DNA of 64,000 bases from Candidatus Staskawiczbacteria bacterium (GTDB lineage Bacteria > Patescibacteriota > Minisyncoccia > Minisyncoccales > Staskawiczbacteraceae). Position numbers and translations under genes: made by a program. Location: contig JAPLZC010000010.1 of the NCBI GenBank assembly GCA_026395215.1, forward strand, positions 7,371 to 71,370, written 5' to 3'. Under the pieces are notes generated by a model that saw only the letters and a list, made by a program, of their open reading frames with translations, had not been told where the DNA came from and made no database searches. This document shows, piece by piece, positions 34,941-42,199 of the stretch (positions within the stretch are counted from its first letter, which is position 1; each line of letters opens with the position of its first letter).

Positions 34941-35990
34941 ATGAAGGTTTATAGAAACATTTATAATAGTATTATTTCATCAGAAAATCTTTTTTCATCT
35001 TGGGATAAATTTAAGAGCGACAAACAGAAGAAGCGAGATGTGCTTAAATTTGAATGGAATCTTGAAGAAAACATCTTTCAGCTTCACAGAGATTTAGAAT
35101 CCGGTAAATACAAGCATGGTGCATATTCTTCATTTTATTTGCGTGACCCAAAACAACGTCATGTCCATAAAGCCGAAGTTAAAGATCGCATACTTCACCA
35201 CGCTGTTTTTAAAGTACTTAATCCAATCTTTGAGCCAACATTTATTTCTAATTCTTTTTCTTGCCAAACTGGTAAAGGCACGCACAAAGGGATAAGTACT
35301 TTAGATAAAACTCTAAGACAAATAAGTAGCAACAATTTCAAGCCGTGTTTCGCTCTTAAATGTGACGTTAAAAAATTCTTTGACACAGTCGACCATTCAA
35401 TTTTGTTGAGTATCATCCGCAAACGAATAAAAGACGCTACTACTATACGTCTTTTAGAAAAGATTATTAATAGCTTCTCATCCGAATACTCTAATATCTT
35501 TTACCAAAAAGGGCTGCCTATTGGCAACCTGACATCTCAGCTTTTCGCCAATATCTACCTAAATGAATTTGATCAGTTTATCAAGCATAAATTAAAAGTA
35601 AAAAACTATGTCCGCTACACAGATGATTTCGTTATTATTTCTAATGATAAAACATATTTGGAAAATTTAATCGCGTCTATCAGTTCTTTTCTTTCAGATA
35701 AGCTTTCCCTCAAACTTCATCCCAAAAAAGTTTCAATCTGTAAATTTCGTCAGGGGATAGATTTTCTTGGCTATATCGTTTTGCCACATTATCGTTTGCT
35801 TCGTACTAAAACCAAGAATCGGATTATCAAAAAATTAAAAAACCGAGTGGAAGAATATAAGAATAAAATAATAGACAAAAAATCGCTTGAGCAGTCACTC
35901 AACTCGTATCTTGGTGTATTGTCCCATGCAGACACCCATGGGCTGGAACAATATTTAAAAAACCAGTTCTGGTTTTGGCTTAATGAATAG
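34941..35990 (+). CDS. DGR-type reverse transcriptase.
   Basis: RT motifs KCDVKKFFDTVDH, LPIGNLTSQLFANIYLN (the DGR-typical IGxxxSQ) and YTDDFVII. No maturase/endonuclease domain is present. Confidence 0.9.
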   Translation: MKVYRNIYNSIISSENLFSSWDKFKSDKQKKRDVLKFEWNLEENIFQLHRDLESGKYKHGAYSSFYLRDPKQRHVHKAEVKDRILHHAVFKVLNPIFEPTFISNSFSCQTGKGTHKGISTLDKTLRQISSNNFKPCFALKCDVKKFFDTVDHSILLSIIRKRIKDATTIRLLEKIINSFSSEYSNIFYQKGLPIGNLTSQLFANIYLNEFDQFIKHKLKVKNYVRYTDDFVIISNDKTYLENLIASISSFLSDKLSLKLHPKKVSICKFRQGIDFLGYIVLPHYRLLRTKTKNRIIKKLKNRVEEYKNKIIDKKSLEQSLNSYLGVLSHADTHGLEQYLKNQFWFWLNE

Positions 35991-36004
35991 TGGTATAAGA
36001 TGTT

Positions 36005-37486
36005 TTATAACGAGCCGAGGTCTAGGGTGAAGTCTACTCGGATTTTTTCTACAAAGTCGGGGACGTGGCTTACTAGAATCATGGCGCCGGCAAAATCATT
36101 GATGGCTTTGGCAATAATTGGTATGTGTCTAAAGTTTATATGATTTGTTGGTTCGTCTAAAACAAGTAATCCCGGTTTTTCTAGGGCAATTGTGGCAAAG
36201 GCAACTAAACCTTTCTGACCCTCGGACAAATCCCCTATTTTGGCTTTTAGAATTTCTGCGTCCAATAAAAATCCTGCTGCATGCGCACGCAAGCCTTGTT
36301 CTGTGCCATCGCTTCTCCCTCCTTCGGTCGGGACTGCGGCTTGCGCTTTTGCAAGCGTTTGGTAAACCGTTGCATTAAAATCTAATGTTGAAAAATCTTG
36401 CCTGTAATATCCTATTTTTACTCCGGCTTTTATGTGCTCACCTTTTGCATGTCCCGAAGCTAATTTTTCTAAAAGAGTTGTTTTACCAATTCCGTTTGGC
36501 CCTGTTAAAAGCAACCTTTCATGTTTATTTAAAGTAATATTTACTTTTTTGTTTACAAATTTATGATTTATTGCAACAGCCACAGAATCTAATTGCAAAA
36601 TCACTCCACCAATATCCTGCTGACAAGGAATAGAAAAATTTCTAATTGTTTTATCTTCCCTTCTTACATCTACAATTTCACCTTCTAGTTCTTCAATTTT
36701 TTTCTTCATTTTTGAAGAAACATCTCTCATGTGTCCTCCTTTTTGCGCAAAAAAGTTGGCTTGTTCTTTTCTGTGAGAAATATCTTTTTCTAACCTCATA
36801 TTTTTCATTCTCTCTCTTTCTAACCTTGCTGAAATTTCTGCAACAACTGCAAAGTAGTCGCCGGTATATTGTTCAACTTTTTTGGAAAAAATATCCAAAT
36901 ATAAAACTCCTTGTGTAAAAGTGTTTAAAAAATCTGCGTCGTGAGAAATAACAATACAAGTTTTAGGATATTCAACAATAAATTTTACCAAATGAGCAAT
37001 TCCAGCCTTATCTAGGTTATTTGTTGGCTCGTCTAACAAAAGCAAATCTGGGTCTTGTATTAAAGCCGAAGCCAAAAGAATTCTTGCCTGTTGTCCACCC
37101 GAAAGCTTTTTTATTGGCCTGTCATGTGGCATAGACAAGTTTACAATTTCCAAAGCTTCGTCTATTCTTTTATCAATGTCATAAACTTTTTCCTTAAAAC
37201 ATTTCTGAAAAAATTCTGTAATAGTTAAATCTAAATCTTCACGTGGAATTACCTGTTTAGCTGTAGCTATAGTTATGTCTTTGTTTATATTAATAACTCC
37301 GCCTTCCGGTTTTACTTCGCCTGTAACCAAAGAAAAAATAGTACTTTTCCCTGCTCCGTTCTGCCCCATTAAAGTAATTTTTGACCCTCTGCGTACAGAA
37401 AAACTGGCCTCATTTAAAATTGGTTTTGCTGTTGCCCACTCAAAAGACACATTAGAAAATTTTACAATGATTTCATTACCCGACAT
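36005..37486 (-). CDS. ABC-F family ATPase (two ABC domains, no TMD).
   Basis: Motifs GQNGAGKST / LSGGQQARILLA and GPNGIGKTT / LSEGQKG. Confidence 0.85.
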   Translation of the reverse strand: MSGNEIIVKFSNVSFEWATAKPILNEASFSVRRGSKITLMGQNGAGKSTIFSLVTGEVKPEGGVININKDITIATAKQVIPREDLDLTITEFFQKCFKEKVYDIDKRIDEALEIVNLSMPHDRPIKKLSGGQQARILLASALIQDPDLLLLDEPTNNLDKAGIAHLVKFIVEYPKTCIVISHDADFLNTFTQGVLYLDIFSKKVEQYTGDYFAVVAEISARLERERMKNMRLEKDISHRKEQANFFAQKGGHMRDVSSKMKKKIEELEGEIVDVRREDKTIRNFSIPCQQDIGGVILQLDSVAVAINHKFVNKKVNITLNKHERLLLTGPNGIGKTTLLEKLASGHAKGEHIKAGVKIGYYRQDFSTLDFNATVYQTLAKAQAAVPTEGGRSDGTEQGLRAHAAGFLLDAEILKAKIGDLSEGQKGLVAFATIALEKPGLLVLDEPTNHINFRHIPIIAKAINDFAGAMILVSHVPDFVEKIRVDFTLDLGSL

Positions 37487-37531
37487 AATAGATACTCTAC
37501 CATATTTTTTAGCAAATAGCCACTCTTACAC

Positions 37532-37569
37532 AAAAAAAATCGGCGAAAAAGCTTCGTGCTTTTCCGCCG
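37532..37569 (-). terminator. Rho-independent terminator after purH.
   Basis: The minus strand reads CGGCGGAAAAGCacgaaGCTTTTTCGCCGatttttttt. Confidence 0.75.
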
Positions 37570-37610
37570 TATAACGACAATCTTTTTTTTTGGGTCAGAG
37601 ATGCCCTTGC

Positions 37611-39233
37611 TTAATGTACAGCGAACCCGCGGGCTCCGCAGCCGTCGTCCAGCATATGGAGATTTGCACCTGCGTCCTTGCAGTGCTGAATTGTTGCAGG
37701 ATCTCCTCCGCCCGGCGCCTTGCTTCCGCTTGTGCTGAATATTGTTTTTACGCCGCCATCTGTCAGCACTTTCGGTCCGTCAGGATACGGGAAGAAGCTG
37801 TCGCTCCATGCAACCGAATCTTCCAGCTCACCTCCATTGCCTGCCTTTTTGGCCCTGAGCAACGCAACCATTGCAGCTCCAACGCGGTCCTGCTGGCCGA
37901 CGCCATTGCCAAGCAACTTGCGATTTTTCACCACAGTAATCGTATTGCTGTTCCCAGTGCGCGCAATTGCGCCGGCAAGCAGCAAATCCAGCTCCTTGTC
38001 TCTGTCGCGTGCTCCCGCCACAAGCGTGCTGTCGTCTAACACGGGCACATAGTTGTCCCGAGGCTGTGTGAGAAAACCTCCGCGCACAGGCCTGCATTGC
38101 AGAGAAGAATCCATCTTGAGATCTCTGCTTGCGAGATGGGGATTGACCACCATCCTGCATTTCCCTTTCACGCGCTCCAGAAATTCACCGACGCCTTCCT
38201 CGATTTCAGGGGCAACCACGCCGTCGAACTTTTGCGTTTTGCCCTCCATGCCGGCGTGAACCATAAGTCCGGCTAAATCCTTGGTGAGCTTAAAGTTGCA
38301 CATTACAACTCCGCCCATGGCAGCAGTGGTATCGCCTGTAACTGCATTTAGGACCGCTTGTGCCGGATTATCCATGTCGATGCCGGCGCCACAGCAATTG
38401 CCGTGTTTAACAACAAGGCACACACAGGGAATAATTCCCCTCTTGCCAATGTAGTTTACCACGTGCGTCAGTGTTGTGATTTCGCGATCGTAGTCGGTCA
38501 CGTTGATGTAGCTTGGAGTGCTCCCCTCAACAACATGGAAATTCTCCAGTGCGAGAGGATCTTTGCTGCCTGTGCTATAAAGTCGCGCCGGCTTCTGTTT
38601 GTTTTCGCCGTAGGCAAGCTCTTGCACAAGCTCGCCCATCAAACCTTCGAACTGCCCATTGCCATGATATCTCGCAGAAGCGAGCACGTACTTGGCAACT
38701 TCGAATTCGGCGCGGGCCCGCAGTCTCTGGCGAGTCTCCTTCGAAACAGCGCCGGTTTCTTCAAGCTCACGCAAAATCACCTCGCGATCTTGAAGCGTAC
38801 AGGCGACAATCCGCAGGCCTTTTGCCGCCGAACGGACCATGCACGGCCCGCCAATGTCAGTGCCTTCTGCCACGCTCTCAGGAGTGGCGCCAGCTTCAGA
38901 GATCGTTTTCTCCAACGGATAGAAGTCACAGATCACCATACTGATGACCGGAATACCGAGCTTCTTTAGCTCTTTCATGTCTTCCTGTTTGTCGACATTT
39001 GCCAGTAAGCCGGCATGAACTTCCCGCGACAGTGTGACAACGCGGTGGCCGAGAATTGATCCCCCGCCAACCAGCTTAGCCACATCTCTAACAGGCACGC
39101 CTGCTTCCTTGAGTTTTTTTGCGGTACCGCCCGAGCTGATAATTCTCCAGCCCAGCGCAACCAATCGACGGGCACAATCTTCTATGCCCGTTTTATTGGA
39201 GACCGACAGCAACGCCCATGGCTTTGCTTTCAT
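37611..39233 (-). CDS. purH: Bifunctional AICAR transformylase / IMP cyclohydrolase.
   Basis: MGS-like N-terminus (ALLSVSNKTGIEDCARRLVALGWRIISSGGTAKKL) plus an AICARFT domain. About 60% G+C on a 60-nt hand count. Confidence 0.85.
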   Translation of the reverse strand: MKAKPWALLSVSNKTGIEDCARRLVALGWRIISSGGTAKKLKEAGVPVRDVAKLVGGGSILGHRVVTLSREVHAGLLANVDKQEDMKELKKLGIPVISMVICDFYPLEKTISEAGATPESVAEGTDIGGPCMVRSAAKGLRIVACTLQDREVILRELEETGAVSKETRQRLRARAEFEVAKYVLASARYHGNGQFEGLMGELVQELAYGENKQKPARLYSTGSKDPLALENFHVVEGSTPSYINVTDYDREITTLTHVVNYIGKRGIIPCVCLVVKHGNCCGAGIDMDNPAQAVLNAVTGDTTAAMGGVVMCNFKLTKDLAGLMVHAGMEGKTQKFDGVVAPEIEEGVGEFLERVKGKCRMVVNPHLASRDLKMDSSLQCRPVRGGFLTQPRDNYVPVLDDSTLVAGARDRDKELDLLLAGAIARTGNSNTITVVKNRKLLGNGVGQQDRVGAAMVALLRAKKAGNGGELEDSVAWSDSFFPYPDGPKVLTDGGVKTIFSTSGSKAPGGGDPATIQHCKDAGANLHMLDDGCGARGFAVH

Positions 39234-39386
39234 AATAACTATTCTCCTTGTCTTAACTTGGTTTTCAACGAGCCCGATCAGACAGAGTACTTTTCTCTGC
39301 CCATCAACAATAAGACTACATTAAATTTTGAAAAAATCAAGCAACGCACAAAAAAAACCACGGTATGCAAACCATGGATTTAAAAT

Positions 39387-40406
39387 TTATAAGCTGGCCA
39401 AAAGGCCCTGAACAAGATTGCTGTCTCCTGTGTTATCAATTGACTGGTCAATGGCAAGACATTGTTGATAAAGATTTCTGGCTTTAATTTTGTCTCCCTT
39501 AACATGGGCAATTTCCGCGGCGCGGAAAATGGTAAGACTTTTTAGAACACAAAGCCCCACATCGTCCGGTGCATCGGAAAGCGCATCATCAACAAACTTC
39601 AGCGATTCTGCGGCACACTGTTCGGCTTCATCAAACCTGTTCATCATCCGCAGCAACAGAGCTTTTTCGCCGAGTGCTGTTGCTATATTCTTTTTATTTT
39701 GTGCAGACAGTACAGTCCTCTTGCTGAGTTTTCCAAAAGCAGAAACATATATATTTCGGCCAATCCTTTTTGCGGTTACCATTGACCCGCACATGGTACA
39801 TTGGCCTTCAACTCCTTCTGTTGATCCCGGGATTTTAATTGAGAATCCGCAAGCAGGGCATCGGCTGTTGTAATATCCGTCGTAGTAATTTTCCTGGTCG
39901 TCAGTTGAAATAACCGATTTTGCCACATTCTCAACTGTCCCTTTTTTCTGGGACTCAATAGCCTTGTCAAAATATTCCAAAGCTTTGATGGCTCGTGGAA
40001 AATTTCGCAGGACCTCGCCTTCTTCTTGAAGAATTTGTCCAAACTTCAGCTTTCCGGTGCCTGCCCAGAACTGCGTAGCAGCCCTGGCCCGATTGTAATT
40101 GGCTACTCCGCTTTTTATATGGAGCAACCTGACCAAAATCATCACAAGCAACGGCGGACCAAGAAGATAAACCAGCGCCATGGCCATATTCTTTTCAGTT
40201 ATAACTTCGAGTTTCAGCGAACCTGCCCGTTGCATGTATCCGCCGACCATGACAGTTCCTATCCCAACCAGCACCGCAAAAAACGGAAGCACTTTTGGCG
40301 GACGCTGTATGGCCAGCTCGAAAAATCCATACACTGCCCAATGATAGGCAATGACGCAATTTGTCGAAACGAGTACAAGGTAAAAAATCAGTTCGTTGTT
40401 ATTCAT
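39387..40406 (-). CDS. Hypothetical membrane protein with a zinc ribbon and a TPR-like C-terminus.
   Basis: Three N-terminal helices, the motif CPACG..x17..CTMCG, and a helical-repeat tail. Confidence 0.45.
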   Translation of the reverse strand: MNNNELIFYLVLVSTNCVIAYHWAVYGFFELAIQRPPKVLPFFAVLVGIGTVMVGGYMQRAGSLKLEVITEKNMAMALVYLLGPPLLVMILVRLLHIKSGVANYNRARAATQFWAGTGKLKFGQILQEEGEVLRNFPRAIKALEYFDKAIESQKKGTVENVAKSVISTDDQENYYDGYYNSRCPACGFSIKIPGSTEGVEGQCTMCGSMVTAKRIGRNIYVSAFGKLSKRTVLSAQNKKNIATALGEKALLLRMMNRFDEAEQCAAESLKFVDDALSDAPDDVGLCVLKSLTIFRAAEIAHVKGDKIKARNLYQQCLAIDQSIDNTGDSNLVQGLLASL

Positions 40407-40408
40407 AG

Positions 40409-40870
40409 CTACTCGCGTATCCTTTCTATAAAACTAAACGCCGCACCAAAGGGAATTGCCAAAAAAAGCAACATCACAACATAAAAGAAGGTTATTGCTA
40501 TTCTTCCCGCGGTCATTTCCGAAAGAAAATGACCATGCTGGATGAATGCCACGATTGGGCAAACAAGCGCGCAGGTGCACGATATAGATTTACTCATATG
40601 TCCCCGCGGCATTGTAATTGAAGTGGAAAGACCACCCAATATCCCAATTATCACTCCGATTAATCCGCCCGTTTTGGCGCTAATCGAAAGAAGCATCTGA
40701 TGCAATTCTTTCGGCATTAAAATCTCATCTCCGACCACCGGGCCGGCAAACAGACAGCTTGTTGGCATATAGTAATACACCATGCCAAACAGGAAGCCGA
40801 TTATGGCTCCTGCCAGAACACTGAGAAACTTATTCTCTTGCATTTGACCCTTTCTGTTGTCAAAGGACAA
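40409..40870 (-). CDS. Hypothetical 4-TM membrane protein.
   Basis: 153 aa with Gly-rich helices. The stop lies 2 nt from the next start. Confidence 0.45.
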   Translation of the reverse strand: MSFDNRKGQMQENKFLSVLAGAIIGFLFGMVYYYMPTSCLFAGPVVGDEILMPKELHQMLLSISAKTGGLIGVIIGILGGLSTSITMPRGHMSKSISCTCALVCPIVAFIQHGHFLSEMTAGRIAITFFYVVMLLFLAIPFGAAFSFIERIRE

Positions 40871-40998
40871 CTGTTGTTAAGGCTATTATTAATTATAATT
40901 ATGATTTTGTCAACCTTATCTTTCAGTAAACCCGAAAATTTTAAGATAAAAAAATCCCCTTGGCGTTGCCAAGGGGTACGAATCTTCAGTCGAAAACA

Positions 40999-42009
40999 CT
41001 ATGAAATGAGATTTTTCCAATCTTCCTCAGGATCATATGCTTCTGCAATCTTGACCTCTTCCTGCCAGCAGATACTCCTGAAACTTGCTGCCACGGCGGA
41101 AGGCGGAGTGTCAACAACATTGACGCCAAGGACCTCGTAAAGGGCAGGCATATTAATCCGGGGAACGAATTGCGCAACCACAGGCACAACCTCCCTTTGC
41201 AAAGGAGAACCCATAAAAACAATGTTGATGTTCTGGATTCCCAGCGTTTCCACGTAATGCTTTACAATGCGCCAGGCGAAATGGGCAAAAATCTTAATAT
41301 CCCTTTCGCTGAACTTATGGATTTCGTACCTGGCGAAATGCAAATCTACATGATATTGGCCTCTTGGGCTCCAAGGGGCAATCAGTTTGACTTCCCCGTT
41401 GTTCTCATCCTGGGGGTAAATGATCAATTGCTCTTGCGCCAGTTCCCTGTAATACAGCCCCAGTCTCCTGTCGCAAATTGTTTCGCGGGAGACATGGCTG
41501 TCCCATCCGTATTGAGCATGGATGTGAGGAATAGTCTGGCCGGCCAATTTTCCGAAATTAAACCCCAAAACCATCCTTGGAATATCATACGATGTTATTG
41601 GGTTTTTGGCGAAACGACGGGCGCATTCAATGACACCCTTCAAAAGCAAATAAAAATCAATCTTCCGCAGTTCGCCAAGCTTGGTTATGTGTATCTTGCC
41701 CTTCCGTATAGCAACGTCGTCGTGCCACACAAACAGCACTTTCTGGTCGTAAGGCAGAAATGGAGCCGCATTAGGAAACGAAGCAACCTTCCCGCCGGCC
41801 ACGAAATCAAGTTTCGGTTTGCCTGCAAGTTTTTCGGGATTGCAGAGGCGACAGCCATCTACGCCCAGCTCGTCTTTGTTGGGTTCTTGATGCGGTTTTC
41901 CAAGCCGCTGCGCTCTTTTGATGGAAAGCGCCGTTGGGACCGTCGAAAGCAAATCTGTATGGATTTCAACTCCATTTGTCAGTTCGCTCTTGTTTAGAAG
42001 ACTATTCAT
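40999..42009 (-). CDS. GalT-like (HIT-superfamily) nucleotidyltransferase/phosphorylase.
   Basis: CRLCNPE zinc-knuckle-like motif and GQTIPHIHAQ (HxHxQ). Confidence 0.5.
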   Translation of the reverse strand: MNSLLNKSELTNGVEIHTDLLSTVPTALSIKRAQRLGKPHQEPNKDELGVDGCRLCNPEKLAGKPKLDFVAGGKVASFPNAAPFLPYDQKVLFVWHDDVAIRKGKIHITKLGELRKIDFYLLLKGVIECARRFAKNPITSYDIPRMVLGFNFGKLAGQTIPHIHAQYGWDSHVSRETICDRRLGLYYRELAQEQLIIYPQDENNGEVKLIAPWSPRGQYHVDLHFARYEIHKFSERDIKIFAHFAWRIVKHYVETLGIQNINIVFMGSPLQREVVPVVAQFVPRINMPALYEVLGVNVVDTPPSAVAASFRSICWQEEVKIAEAYDPEEDWKNLIS

Positions 42010-42199
42010 AAGAACCTCCTACCTTTCAAAGAACAACTCATTTACCGTTAGGAAGGGCCAGCGTAATGCTTGCCCGGTTATTCCCAAGGGTTTAATTTCA
42101 CACTATACCTTGTAGCATCTTTGTCAAGCAAAAACTGCCTCAGGTGCTAAAGCAGGAATTTTCATACTTACTTACGAATTATTTGTATGACACCTTACT

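Larger units (their letters stand above)
33028..35990. other. Diversity-generating retroelement (DGR) cassette: target gene with VR, TR, inverted avd, and RT.
   Basis: See the component features. The TR/VR mismatches are adenine-specific. Confidence 0.9.

Noticed and set aside
34941-35990. The RT as a group II intron or a retron.
   Set aside because: There is no maturase/X or endonuclease domain, and no intron ribozyme or msr/msd structure. The IGxxxSQ motif, the adjacent Avd and the adenine-specific TR/VR pair identify it as a DGR.
37590-39324. Multiple ORFs of 60-200 aa overlapping purH, mostly plus-strand antisense plus two out-of-frame minus-strand ones (e.g. 37590..38039, 38358..38969, 37828..38160).
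   Set aside because: These are GC-rich out-of-frame or antisense artefacts. The minus-strand 540-aa frame has clear PurH motifs end to end.
39234-39386. A ZTP (pfl) riboswitch upstream of purH.
   Set aside because: The spacer shows only the upstream gene's terminator and an AT-rich stretch. I saw no GGGUCGUGAC/CCGCCUGGGC-like motifs.
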